The position numbers were made by a program, and so were the translations under genes. A stretch of 64,000 nucleotides of DNA from Torpedo marmorata (taxonomy: Eukaryota): the NCBI GenBank assembly GCA_977017645.1, contig OZ360251.1:17484001-17548000 (forward strand), written 5' to 3'. Shown here piece after piece: positions 46,500-59,847 of the stretch (position 1 is its first letter; the number at the start of each line of letters is the position of its first letter). The notes beneath the pieces are model-generated. The model did not search any database. It worked only from the letters and a program-made list of their open reading frames with translations, and was not told the DNA's origin.

Positions 46500-48283
46500 C
46501 AAGATCACCCGTAAACTGGAGAAGCAACACCTAATTTTCCGTCTGGGCACTCTCCAACCAAATGGTATTAACATCAACTTCTCCGGCTTCTGCTAGCCCA
46601 CTCCCCGTTCAAAAGGGCATCAATCATCCCGGTACCTAAGAAGAGTAGTGTGAGCTGCCTCAATGACTACCGCCCAGTAGCACTAACCTCTACTGTGATG
46701 AAATGCTTTGAGAGGCTGGTCAAGGCCAGAATTAACACGTACTTAAACAAAGATCTGGACCCACTGCAATTTGCCTATCGTCACAATCGCTCCACAGCAG
46801 ATGCAATATCACTGGCTCTCCACTCAGCTCTGGATCACCTCGAAAAGAGCAATTCATACATACGGCTGCTCTTCATCGACAACAGCTCGGCCTTCAATAC
46901 CATTATTCCCTCAGTGCTGGTCAAGAAGCTACAAACTCAAGGCCTCTGTACCCCACTCTGCAACTGGATCCTTGACTTTCTCATCGGAAGACCACAGTCA
47001 GTACGAATTGGAAACAACGTCTCCTCCTCACTGATTATCAACACAGGCGCACCCCAAGGATGCGGGCTTAGTCCACTGCTCTACTCGTTATACACCCATG
47101 ACTGTGTGGCCAGGCACAATTCCAATGCCATCTACAAGTTTGCCGATGACACCTCAGTTGTCGGCAGAATCACAAACGGCAATGAGGAAACGTACAGGAG
47201 GGAGATAGATCAGCTCGTTAAATGGTGTAACGACAACAACCTTGAGCTCAACATCAGCAAAACCAAGGAGATAATTGTGGACTTCAGGAGGAAGTCAGGG
47301 GAACACGACCCAGTCTTCATCGAGGGCTCAGTAGTGGAGAGGGTCAAGAACTTCAAATTCCTGGGTGTCAACATCTCCGAGGATCTGTCCTGGAGCATCC
47401 ACGTTGATGCAATCACAAAGAAGGCTCGTCAGCGGCTATACTTTGTGAGGTGTCTGAGGAGATTCGGTATGTCACCGAAGACTCTCGTAAACTTCTACAG
47501 GTGTACCGTGGAAAGCATTCTGGCCGGTTGCATCACTGCCTAGTATGGAGGCGCCAACTCTCAGGACAAGAATAAACTCCAGAGGGCTGTTAACTCGGCT
47601 TGTGACATCACAGGCACCAGACTTCACTCCTTCGAGGACATCTATATGAGGCGGTGTCTTAAAAAAGCAGCCTCTATCCTCAAAAACCCCCACCACCCAG
47701 GCCATGCCTCTTCACTCTGTTACCATCGGGAAAAAGGTACAGGAGCCTAAAGACGAGCACTCAACGGCACAAGGACAGCTTCTTCCCCACTGCCATCAGA
47801 TTCCTGAATAATCAATGAACCAAAGACACTGCCTTACTTTTCGTGCACTATTATTTATAATTTTTTATAGTAATGTCGTAAGATGGTTAATATGAATGTT
47901 TGCACTATGATGCTGCCGCAAATCACCGAATTTTATGACTTGTTCATGACAATAAATTCTGAATCCCTCTCTTCCCTATCTCTCTGTCTTCTTTCCTCCA
48001 GCTCTCCATCCCCTTCCCTCTCCATTCACAGAGCCATCCCCCCTCCCCTTGTTTGCTGCTGTGCCCTCCCTCCCTGATCCACCTATTACCTCCTGCCTTT
48101 GGGACTGTGCTCCTCCCCCTGTCCCTTCCCCCACCCCCCACCATTTTGTTCAGGCGCCTGCCTACATTTTGCTCATACCTTGATGAAGGGCTCAAGGTCA
48201 AAATGTTGGTGATGTATCTTTATCTTTGCTTCATAAAGTACACTGTTTGACCTGCTGAGTTTCTCCAGCATTGTGTTTTCACT
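46500..48283 (+). mobile_element. Penelope-like 3' end split by a Rex1 insertion
   Basis: [21 protein letters not shown] at 46513-46580; the C/T tract and pLTR resume at ~47965. Confidence 0.78.
46611..47963 (+). mobile_element. 5'-truncated Rex1/Babar LINE
   Basis: RT ORF 46650-47543 ([17 protein letters not shown]); AATAAATTCTGAAT tail. Confidence 0.92.
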
Positions 48284-48426
48284 ATTAACAAAGTTATTTG
48301 AGTATTAAAATGTTAGGAAGATTGAAGCCTTTGAATTCGGTTCCTACCTCCAACTCGATATCCTTGTAATCAACTTCACACCTACTCCCCAATGTTGGTG
48401 ATCTATTTGACCCAGACCTCATACCT

Positions 48427-49713
48427 CTCCACGGGAAACCTGCCACCCCTTAGTACCCTCTTTGGCATACTTAATTAACTAGCTAACCAGCTAACCGTAC
48501 CGCCCAACTCCCCCCGGGCTCTTTGCCTCTTTATATTATTTACCTTAAAAACCATTATTTACACAATATAACACAACTCAGTATAATGATACTACTACAG
48601 AAAACAAAACCATCCCTCTTAACCAGCGTCCCACTTTAAGTTCAATCAAAGTCCTTCTTTCCTCCTCGTTCCTTTCTCCAAACCTTAGGATCTTCCCGGG
48701 AGGTCTCGAACAAAGTCCGCAGCCTCCTGGGGCGTCCCGAAGAACTTTCTGCCTCCTTCTGGTGTGTCGAGCCTTAGCGTCGCGGGGTGGAGTAGCGCAT
48801 ATGGGATCCCCATCGCTCTCAGCTGCCGCTTCACTGTGTCGAACGCCCTCCGAAGCTTCACCAAGGACGCACTCAGGTCTGTGAAGAAAAGTACCTTCTC
48901 CCCTTCTGGATCAATGGGCCCGCCATTTTCTCTCGCACGTGCGGTTGCCACGCGCAGGATCCTCTCCCGGTCTTGGTAGTTGAGCAAACGCACCAAGACT
49001 GGTCTTGGTCGTTGGCCTGGATCTGGTCGGGGTCCGGTGGACCCTTTCTATGAATAAAGTTTTTTAAAAGTTTTCCTGGCCCAGGATCTTTGTGATCCAC
49101 CTTTCAAAATAACCCACTGGATCTTTCCCCTCCTTCAGCCCAATTATCCTGATATTATTCCTCCTGCTGAAGTTCTGCAGCCTATCAAGCTTCTCCAAAA
49201 TATTGTCTCTCTCCACTCTCCATGCATCGATATTATTTTCCTGCTTTTCTAGCCTCTCCTGGACGTCCTCCATTTTATCTTCAACCTCCCCCACTCGAGA
49301 GGTTAAAGCTCCAAACGAGTTCTTCAGCTCTCTGATCCCAGTTGTGAGCTCTCCAAACTTGGCTCGAGCGCAGCAATCTTGGCGTCTAGCCCAGTAATCT
49401 TGCCGGCTAGAGCCTGCACAGCTTGCAGGATATCACGCGATGTGGGCTCTGGGGCCCCACTCGCCTCTTCCAACGCCGGCATCATTATGGAGGTTCCCAA
49501 ACCGATGCTCCTGTGAGGAGAATCACCCGTTGATATCGACGACCTGGAGGCTTCTTCTTCCGCAGAAACTTGGTGTTTTGTCTTCTTTCCCATATTTGAA
49601 GAGATATTGATGTATTTAATGCTAAACTGACTGTTCTAAATGGCTTTAAATATCGATCTTTCAGGGAGCCCTTGGGTCCGTGTCTTCTCCTTATCGCCGC
49701 ATCACGTGACCCC
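48427..49713 (-). mobile_element. 5' part of L1-D (5' UTR, ORF1, start of spacer), inverted relative to its 3' part
   Basis: ORF1 fragments 49593-48685 (NFSRRNNIRIIGLKEG, FFTDLS, LLHPATLRL); TSD half GACCACCGACAAATT at 49714-49728. Confidence 0.9.
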
Positions 49714-50161
49714 GACCACCGACAAATTGGAGGAACAACACCTCATCTTCCATCTGGGCACCCTCCAACCGGATGGCATTAACATCGACTAATCCGGTCG
49801 ATTAAACCTCACCCCCCCCCCCCCCGCCATCTTCGACACCTGTCTCCTTTCCTCCAGCTCTGTCTCTCTCTCTCCTTTCACAGAGCCAAAATCAATTCTC
49901 ACCTTTCCTCTTATCATATCCAATTAACACCTTTTGTGTTGGTCTGGACTCCTCCCCCTCCCATTCTTCCCCCTTTCTCTCCCTAGATTTTATTCAGACA
50001 CCTGCCTGCTTTTTGTTTATACCTTGAAGAAGGGCTCAGGCCCGCAACGTCGGCAATATATCTTCACCTCCTCTGGGCGCTGCGAGACTGGCTGAGTTCC
50101 TCCAGCATTTATGAGTGTTTTTACTACAATCACAGCGTGTGCAGACTTGCGTGTTTCACTC
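49714..50161 (+). mobile_element. Penelope-like 3' part (GIY-YIG end and pLTR)
   Basis: TTDKLEEQHLIFHLGTLQPDGINID followed by the C/T tract and pLTR. Confidence 0.82.
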
Positions 50162-51039
50162 GAAGCAGATTATTGTCAGGATGGGAAATGTGACCCATGT
50201 ACAGGGTCCACATGCAGTGCATGAGGAGTAATCAGTCACTGGTCTCTCTCGGAGGTTGGGGGAAGAATGTAAGACAAAGCACAGAGGGGAAATTCCTGCA
50301 CATCAATGACTCTTCTATATCAAAGTAGATTACATTTTTGAAAGATCAGGGAATGGAAGACTGGGAACTGGCAGAGAGGAGGAGTGAAACCTGGGCCAGA
50401 TCAGCCAGGATCACATTGAATGAGGAAGCAGACTTGAGGGACCAAGGGACCCATTCCTGCTGTTTTACTGTTAACCCTTGTCTAACATTGCAGCATTCCC
50501 GTGTGTTAACAGTGAAATACCAAACTATTATCAGGGTTCCAGGACTTAAATGAGGCTCAAGTTCTCAACACTGACTTGTTGAGCTATGCTAGGGCAAACC
50601 AAAATTACTTTTGAGAATAAGGTCACAGTTTGGCCAACTGACAACATTACTTTGTAAGTTCAGTAACATCAGCTTGCATAGTAGTGAAAGAAGAAAAATG
50701 AGTGCCTGACTGAAGGACAGAACTTGATCCTGAAGTATTGAGGGGTGGGTACAGCTTTGCTAGAAAGCCGAGTTACAGGTATCTCGGAGGTGGCATGGAG
50801 CTGAGATGGCTGATATGCAAGTTGCCAGCGAGTATGGCAGTTGGACAGGATTGCAATAAAAATAAACCCAGATTTCAGGGAAGGTAGAAGGTAATAGACG
50901 CACGGTCTTCAATGTTAGATTGGAGATGTCCAGGGCTTTGGATGCCATTGTTGTTGAGCAAAGATACTGGTTGACTGGCTGAGGTCACTGGCAGCGGAGT
51001 TTAGGGTGTTTAGAGCGATGGCGTAGGTATGGGGAAAGC

Positions 51040-54000
51040 GGCAACCGCACGTGCGAGAGAAAATGGCGGGCCCATTGATCCAGAGGGGGAGAAGGTACTT
51101 TTCTTCCCAGACCTGAGTGCGGCCTTGGTGAAGCGTCGGAGGGCGTTCGACACAGTGAAGCGGCAGCTGAGAGTGAAGGGGATCCCATATGCGCTACTCC
51201 ACCCCGCGACGCTGAGGCTCGACACACCAGAAGGAGGCAGAAAGTTCTTTGGGACGCCCCAGGAGGCTGCGGACTTTGTTCGAGACCTCCCGGGGAGATC
51301 CTAAGGTTTGGAGAAAGGAACGAGGAGGAAAGAAGGACTTTGATTGAACTTAAAGTGGGACGCTGGTTAAGAGGGATGGTTTTGTTTTCTGTAGTAGTAT
51401 CATTATACTGAGTTGTGTTATATTGTGTAAATAATGGTTTTTAAGGTAAATAATATAAAGAGGCAAAGAGCGCGGGGGGAGTTGGGCGGTACGAAGTTAG
51501 CTGGTTAGCTAGTTAATTAAGTATGCCAAAGAGGACACTAAGTGCACCCCGTCTTGAGGGGGTTGATGGCGCCAAAGGAGTGGGTGTTGTTGTTGGTGCT
51601 GGAGCAAGGGGAAGGGACATTTTTTTTAATCTGCGTTTTTTTTCGCGGGCTTTTGTTTTTTTTTTAGCGTCATCGTCAGTGCTGAACAGATATATATATT
51701 ATTGTAAAAAGGGACAGACACACCATAGAAAAAATATACAAAGGGGCTATAAAAATGGGATGGAACTATACATATATTCAAATGAGTAAGACTATAAAAT
51801 TTCTTAGTTTTAATGTTAATGGATTGAACGGACCCATAAAGAGGAAAAGAGTCTTGGCACACCTTAAAAAGCTACAGGCGGATATAGTTTTCTTACAGGA
51901 AACGCATCTTACAAAGCAGGAGCATAGCAAATTAAAAAGAGGTTGGGTGGGACAGATAGCTGCATCTTCTTTTAACTCCAAAGCTAGGGGGGTAGCTATC
52001 TTAATAAATAAAAATGTTCCAGTGGTGGTTGGGGACACGGTTGTTGACTCGGCAGGAAGATATGTGATGGTACATTGTCAGATTTACTCAGAACCCTGGA
52101 CACTCTTGAATCTTTACGCACCAAATTTTGACGACGAGTCATTTATGCAGAATATTTTTTTTGAGAGTGACAGGAGGACGACAAAACGTTTTGATTGGTG
52201 GGGATTTTAACTTCTGTCTGGATCCCATTCTGGATAAATCGGCAAAGACAGTTAAGAAAGCCAGGGCGGCTAAAACAACCTTGGCTTTCATGAAAGATTT
52301 AAACCTAATAGATGTATGGAGACAGTTGCACCCTCAAGCTAGAGACTACTCCTTTTATTCAAAGCCCCATGATTCTTACACCAGAATTGACTATTTCCTG
52401 ATGTCTGCACAATTAGAAGGCATAGTGATTGAATCGGAATATCAAGCCAGACTTCTATCGGACCACGCGCCCTTGATTTTGTCTATGGTAACGTACAGAT
52501 GGCGCCTTAATTCTACGCTGTTGAAAAGACCAGATTTCTTTGGTTTTATAAGGGGTCAGATAAGTTTGTTTTGCGAAACAAACTGCCCCTCTACTAATAA
52601 TAGTTTTCTAATATGGGATACATTGAAGGCGTATCTAAGGGGGCAAATAATTTCATACACCAAAAATATCAAGAAAAAATATATGGCAGAAATAAACAAT
52701 TTGGAAGGGGAGATTTTAAAATTGGAAAAGGAATACCAACAGTCGGGATCAAAAGATAAATATCAAACTTTGGTAAATAAGAAACTTAAATATAATACTT
52801 TACAAACATACAAAATGGAGAAGGACATTTTAAGATCTAAGCAGAAATACTATGAATTAGGGGAAAGAGCACATAAGGTTTTGTCTTGGCAATTGAGGAC
52901 AGAGGAGACTTCGAGGACAATTAATGCAGTTCAGTCGGGACCGGATAAGATATCGTACAATCCAAAAGAGATCAATGACACTTTTAAACAGTTTTATGCA
53001 AAATTGTATGAGTCAGAGTCGCCAAGTGACTCAACTACAATAGATGAGTTCCTGTCCACGAATGAATTGCCAAGGTTGGACCAGGAGGATCAGATGGAAT
53101 TAGGTGCCCCATTCTCCGAAGAGGAGACTGAAAAAGCCTTGGGTTCTCTACAGGCAAATAAATCGCCGGGAGAGGATGGTTTCCCGCCTGAGTTCTACAG
53201 AGAGTTTAAGGATCTTTTGATGCCTCTTATTATGAATGTAGTTAACCAGGCGGCGGAAACACGGACTCTCCTGGAATCCTTTTCAACAGCTATTATTACA
53301 GTTATACCAAAGTAAAATAGAGACCCATTAAAACTTTCTTCATACAGGCCCATTTCATTATTAAATGCGGACTACAAAATAATAGCCAAGGCATTGGCTA
53401 ATAGATTGGGTCAATATTTACCAAAATTGATAAATTCGGACCAAGTCAGCTTTATTAAGAAGAGACACTCGGCCAACAATTTGGGCAGACTATTGAGTAT
53501 TATACATTTGGCACAATCAAAGGCAGACCCAAGTATAGCCGTGTCTTTGGATGCGGAAAAAGCTTTCGATAGGTTGGAATGGCCTTTCTTATTTAAAGTA
53601 CTGGAGAAATTTGGATTGGGAGAATCATTTATTAATTGTGTATGAACGCTCCATTACAAACCTCGGGCCAAGATCATTACGAATGGCCAGATATCATCGA
53701 CATTAAGTAGGTCTAGCAGACAGGGTTGTCCACTGTCTCCAGGTCTTTTTATCTTGGCAATTGAGCCACTGGCAGAATCTATTAGGTGGGACCCAGACAT
53801 AAAAGGATTCAGGGTGGACCAGGTGGAACATAAAATTAATTTATTTGCAGATGATGTGTTGTTGTATTTGACAGACCCTGCCGAGTCCTTGGCCAGGTTG
53901 CAGACCACACTGGAAGATTACGGCATGATTTCGGGTTACAAAATCAATTTAGAAAAAAGTGAGATCATGCCGTTGACAAAATTTGATTACGGGGAATATC

Positions 54001-55814
54001 AACAAAAGAGTCGCTTCAAGTGGCAACCAAAGGGTATTAAATATTTGGGAATAATGATTGATAATGATTTGCAAAATTTGTATAGACTTAACTACCTCCC
54101 TATGCTTGGAAAGATCGAAGACGATTTACTTAGGTGGAGGGACCTGCCCATTACTCTAGTGGGCAGGGTGAACTGCATTAAAATGAAGGTGATGCCGAGA
54201 CTGCAATACCTCTTTCAGTCCTTGCCAATCCCATTGCCGCGGGTCTTTTTTAAAGCACTAACGGACATGTAAGGCAATTTATCTGGAGTGGCAAGGTCTC
54301 CAGAGTTTCCATGGAGAAGCTGACATGGGATTACAATTTGGGGGGTTTGCGATTACCAGATTTTAAGAAACATTATTTAGCAGCTCAGTCGAGGTTTCTT
54401 TCATCCTTTTTCGAGGGGGACGATCCCCCCTCATGGGTCCAAATTGGACTACACACCATAGGAGAGAAAATAGCGAAGGACTTTATCTACAAATGGAACA
54501 CCAAATTAATATCTAGGCGAACGGACAATCCCATTCTAAAACATATGATTAAGATTTGGCAGGAAATCATTGAATGTACAGGAGGAAAGGTGGAAATATC
54601 ACCAAAGGCACCTTTGATCCAAAACGAAACTATACCCATGGCTTTGGGTAACAAAATTTTAAACATTTGGCACCAGAAGGGACTCCGATATATTGAAGAC
54701 TGTTACGAGAAAGGACAACTTATGTCTTTTGAGCAATTGAAGAGTAAATATGATTTGTCTAATGGAACCTTCTACTGTTTTCTTCAACTAAGGTCCTTCT
54801 TGAGGGATAGATGGGGTTCTACAATGACCCCACCTCGGTGTAATGAAATGGAAAAGTCGCTTCGATTGGGAAATGCACCTAAATTCATATCTAGAATGTA
54901 TTTCGTACTCCAAAGCGAAAGCCTTAAGCCGGGCCTACAAAGATCGAGAGAGAGGTGGGAGTCGGACTTGGGAACAACAATTCACGAACGATGCTGGTCA
55001 GACTGGTGTTTAGATAGCATGACAGCAGTCATTAATGCCAGATATAGGCTGGTTCAATATAATTTCCTACACCAATTGTATCTCACACCACAAAAACTAT
55101 ACAAGTCAAAACCAGAGATATCAGAAATGTGTTTCAGGTGTGGGATAGAAATTGGATCCTTTTTACTCTCCACCTGGTCATGTGCAAAGGTAAGGCCCTT
55201 TTGGCATGATTTGGCTAATGTACTAACTAGGATTACGGGAGTAGCCTTCCCACTAGACCCGGATTTGTATCTTTTAGGAAACCTCATGGACATAAGCAAA
55301 AGATTATCTAAATTCCAAATTCAATTTGTAAAAGTTGCACTGTCCGTAGCAAAAAACATGCATTGCAGTTACTTGGAAGTCCGACTCCCCCCTTCTCATC
55401 ACTCGATGGTCTACGGAAATGTACAGCTGTATCCCCATGGAAAAAAATTACATATAGTCTTAGAAATAAGTACGATAACTTTGTTAAAAGTGTGGCAACC
55501 ATACTTGGAGCACATTGGTGCTCAATTGTAATCAAACCTCTGAGGTATGGTGTACTGTAATGTATAATTATTTTAAGGGTGTGTCATCCCCAAGTACTTG
55601 GACAAAAGTTGTAAGTGCTGACGGTATGTTTAGTTTTCTTTTCCTTTTCTTTTTCTTCTGTTTTGGTTTTATTCTTTTTGGGTGGGGGAGGGAGGATTAA
55701 GGGGCGTAATGTATTCTGTACTTGATACGTTTGAAATTTATGTATGTTCGTGATTGTTTATTAATGTTTTGTGAAAATTTTGAAAATGAAAAATAAAATA
55801 TTTTTATTTTTTTA
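51040..55814 (+). mobile_element. 3' part of L1-D (ORF1 end, spacer, ORF2 51782-55531, 3' UTR)
   Basis: APE (FNVNGLNGPIKRK, FLQETHL, RIDYF, LSDHAP) and RT (SRQGCPLSP, LFADD), with several frameshifts and stops; AATAAA tail. Confidence 0.93.
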
Positions 55815-56172
55815 AATTTGTCGGTGGTCTCAGTCTGGCAGTGCATGAGACCATGGACAGACATGTCAGCAAGGGAATGGGACGGCGAATTGAAATGGAT
55901 ATCCACTGGGAGATCCACGCTAATGTGGCGGATAGCGTCGAGGTGCTCATCAAAGCTTATCATATCCAATTAACACCTTTTGTTTGTTGATCTGGACTCC
56001 TCCCCCTCCCACTCTTCCCCCTCTCTCTCCCAGTCTTCATTCAGACGCCTGCCTGCTTTTTGCTTACACCTTGAAGAAGGGCTCTGGCCCGAAATGTTGG
56101 TAATATATCTTTACCTCTTATGGATGCTGCAAGACCGGCTGAGTTCCTCCAGCATTTACTGTGTGTTTTTAC
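55815..56172. mobile_element. Penelope-like 5' part (minus, 55815-55954) joined to an oppositely oriented pLTR (plus, 55955-56172)
   Basis: Minus-strand FDEHLDAIR...HFNSPSHSLADMSVHGLMHCQTETTDK; the plus-strand part matches 49910-50130. Confidence 0.82.
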
Positions 56173-57444
56173 AATAATCTGTTTAGGGTTATGTACAGAA
56201 AGGCCTCAATCTTACCTTGTTCTCTGGGGGAAGAGGCTGGGACAGGACTGAGTAGGCAGTTAGACATAGTGGTGGTAAGAGTGAATGACTCTGCCAATAC
56301 TCCTCCCAATCTTTGCAGGGAAATACTCCAGTGTTAGTGCAGCCCTTCCCTAATGTTGTCCCTTGAATGGAGAAATCCGGTATAATCTTACAGCCTCCCA
56401 CTCTGGGCCACGGCACATCCACACCCTGTAATGAACAGCATCTTTCACAATTCGCAGTGCCCACCCACATTCACACTCGCTCAAAAACAGAACTGCTGAC
56501 CTTATTAATTTTGGTGAAAGGCATGAAGGCTGTTGAAACGGGATCCCTGCATAGAACTGCTGCAGTGAGCTGCCATTGTTCGGCAAGCAAACAATGCTCC
56601 TGCATCACAACAAAGCAATTATTCTCCATCAAATCTGCACTGCTGTTTCCTTTCACATGCCCGTGACGAATAGATAATGTAAACACTTCAGGAAGTTAAT
56701 GCTCTGCATTCATCCGGGGACTAATATTTTTCTCATGCCAGAAAAATTATTCCCAGGGTAAACATTTTTTTAATTTAAAATCAAACAAATGTGTTGTTGG
56801 GATTAATGTGGAAATTATGTGATTTTATTGCCTCATCTTTAGCCAAGCAGACAAGAAGAATGGGACTGTTGGGAAAAGCAGGGGTTGGTTCGTGACATAA
56901 AGAAGCATTTCCACCGATTAGCTTCAACTTCAGTTCAGATCATTCTGCTCATTTTGTGATTTGACACAAAATGCTTTGAAATTACTATTTAGTTGACACA
57001 TCAGATACAGTGATTGAAGGCTTCTCGAGTTTATTAGGGCTTCAGGCTGCTACTAAGAAGCAGCTATTTCCCTTATATAATCTACAGCCGGATGCTGGCT
57101 TTGAACCAGCAACTTCTGCTTTAGACTAAATCTATTGAGCGAAATACCAATCATCTGTGTGTGCAGAATGCCTCAGCTCAGTTCAGCTCTCTGAGGAGAG
57201 GCTTGTGTTAACCACATGGTATTAAAGGACATTGGCAGATGTGAATTTTATTTGATTGATTTTTTTTTTTTAAATCACATTTTATCTAGCACACAAAGCC
57301 ACAACTTAAATTCCTTTGGCAATGATAAAGATAGTAGTTTGAGATTTTCTGGGATTCAAATTAATAGAAGACTCTGAGAACTGTCAGATATCCAGACCTA
57401 TTCAAATGCTTAAAATATGCTGACTGTTAGCAAAATTCTCATTG

Positions 57445-58358
57445 CAAGGCCCTTCAGCACGCAATGTTGTGCCGACCTATATATACTGTCCCAAAAAAAA
57501 AACGAAACCCTCCCAACCTCATAACCCTCTATTTTTCTTCCATCCATGTGCCTGTCTAAGAGTCTCTTAAATGCCCCTAATGCTCCAGCCTCCACCACCA
57601 CCCCTGGCAATGCATTCCAGGCACCAACAACTCTTATGTGAAAAAAAAAACTTACCCTGACGTCTCCCCTAAACTTTCCTCCCTTCACTTTGTACAGATG
57701 TCCTCTGGTGTTAGCTACTCCCGCCCTGGGGAAAAGGCACTGGCTGTCCACCTTATCTATGCCTCTCAGAATCTCATATTAAGTCACCTCTCATCCTTCT
57801 TCGCTCCAAAGAGAAAAGCCCCAGCTGTACTAACCTAGCCTCATAAGACATATTTTCCAATCCAGGCAACATTCTGGTAAATCTCGTCTGCACCCTCTCC
57901 ATAACTTCCACATCCTTCCCGTAATGAGGTGACCAGAACTGAACACAATATTCTAAGTGTGGTCTCATCAGAGATTAGTAGAGCTGCAACATTACCTCAT
58001 GACTCCTGAAATCAATCGCCTGACTAATGAAGCCCAGCGTACCACAGGCCTTCTTAACTATCCTTATGAACCTGCGCGGCGATCTTGAGATCTATGGATT
58101 TGGATCCCAAGGTCCCTCTGTTCTTCCGCACTGTTAAGTATCCTACAATTAACCATGCACTCTGCCTTCAAGTTGACCTTCCAAAATGCATCACCTCATA
58201 CTTATCCGGATTGAACTCTATCTGCCACTTTTCCACCCACCTGTGCATCCAGTCTATATCCTTTTGTAACCTACGATAACCATCAACACTATCCACAACC
58301 CCTCCAACCTTTGTATCAACCGCAAACATATTGACCCATCCCTCTACATCTTCGTCCC
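57445..58358 (-). mobile_element. CR1 LINE fragment
   Basis: [23 protein letters not shown]; homologous to 38583-39380. Confidence 0.9.
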
Positions 58359-58377
58359 GAGGAATAAAATTAAAACC

Positions 58378-59468
58378 ACAGCTCGGCCTTCAATACCATT
58401 ATTCCCTCAGTGCTGGTCAAGAAGCTACAAACTCTAGGCCTCTGTACCCCCCTCTGCAACTGGATCCTTGATTTTCTCATCAGAAGACCACAGTCAGTAC
58501 GAATTGGAAACAACATCTCCCCCTCACTGATTATCAACACAGGCGCACCCCAAGGATGCGTGCTTAGTCCACTGCTCTACTCGTTATACACCCATGACTG
58601 TGGCCAGGCACAATTCCAATGCCATCTACAAATTTGCCAATGACACCACAGTTGTTGGCAGAATCACAAACAGCAATGAGGAAGCGTACAGGAGGGAGAT
58701 AGATCAGCTCGTTGAATAGTGTAACGACAACAACCTTGCGCTCAACGTCAGCAAAACCAAGGAGATGATTGTGGACTTCAGGAGGAAGTCAGGGGAACAC
58801 GACCCAGTCTTCATCGAGGGCTCAGTAGTGGAGAGGGTCAAGAACTTCAAATTCCTGGGTGTCAACATCTCCGAGGATCTGTCCTGGAGCCTCCACGTTG
58901 ATGCAATCACAAAGAAGGGTCGCCAGCGGCTATACTTTGTGAGGTGTCTGAGGAGATTCGGTATGTCACCAAAGACCCTCGTAAACCTTTACAGGTGTAC
59001 CGTGGAGAGCATTCTGGCTGGTTGCATCACTGCCTGGTATGGAGGTGCCAACTCTCAGGACAAGAATAAACTCCAGAGGGTTGTTAACTCGGCCTGTGAC
59101 ATCACAGGCACCAGACTACACTCCATCGAGGACATCTACACGAGGCGGTGTCTTAAAAAAGCAGCATCTGTCCTCAAAGACCCACACCACCCAGGCCAAG
59201 CCCTCTTCACTCTGCTACCATCGGGAAAAAGGTACATGAGCCTAAAGACGAGCACTCAACGGCACAAGGACAGCTTCTTCCCCGCTGCCATCAGATTCCT
59301 GAATAATCAATGAACCAAAGACACTGCCTTAATTTCGTGCACTATTATTTATATATTTTTTATAGTAATGTCGTAAGATGGTTATAACATGAATGTTTGC
59401 ACTATGATGCTGCCGCAAAACACCGAATTTCATGACTTGTTCATGGCAATAAATTCTGATTCTGAATC
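58378..59468 (+). mobile_element. 5'-truncated Rex1/Babar LINE, same family as 46611-47963
   Basis: [10 protein letters not shown]...[14 protein letters not shown]...SFFPAAIRFLN; (ATTCTG)n tail. Confidence 0.92.
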
Positions 59469-59847
59469 AATGGTGGAAGGATGGGGTCTAGAACCAAAGG
59501 GTATAACTTATCTCAAGGGGCTGACCACACAAAATTCAGAAGGAAATTCTTTCTCTCAGAGCCTGCAAGTTTTGAAATTCTTTACTTCATAAGGCTCAGG
59601 ATACTGAAACATTAAAATAATCAAGGCTGAGATCCATTGGGACTCAGAGAATTAGAGGATGATTTGGATCAGGTAGGAAAGTGAATTAGTAACATGATCA
59701 GAATGGTGAAGTGGGGCTAAGTGAGCTCGTGGCCTCCACCTGCTTATCCTTGTATTCTCTAACATCTCCTCTAACATTCCAATTTAAAGATACTTTGTTT
59801 TGTTAAGTTATTCCATTAATAAAGGCAGCTTATTTTCCTTCTAAATA

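Noticed and set aside
48427-55814. Twin-priming L1 inversion, or two independent L1 insertions
   Set aside because: The TSD and flanking Penelope sequence are themselves inverted along with 1.3 kb of genomic flank, which points to a post-insertion inversion of one element.
56189-56470. Strong minus-strand donor (AAG|GTAAG at ~56215) as an upstream SIPA1L3 exon
   Set aside because: The frame required by the next exon gives no SIPA1L-like peptide; the preceding exon probably lies beyond the window.
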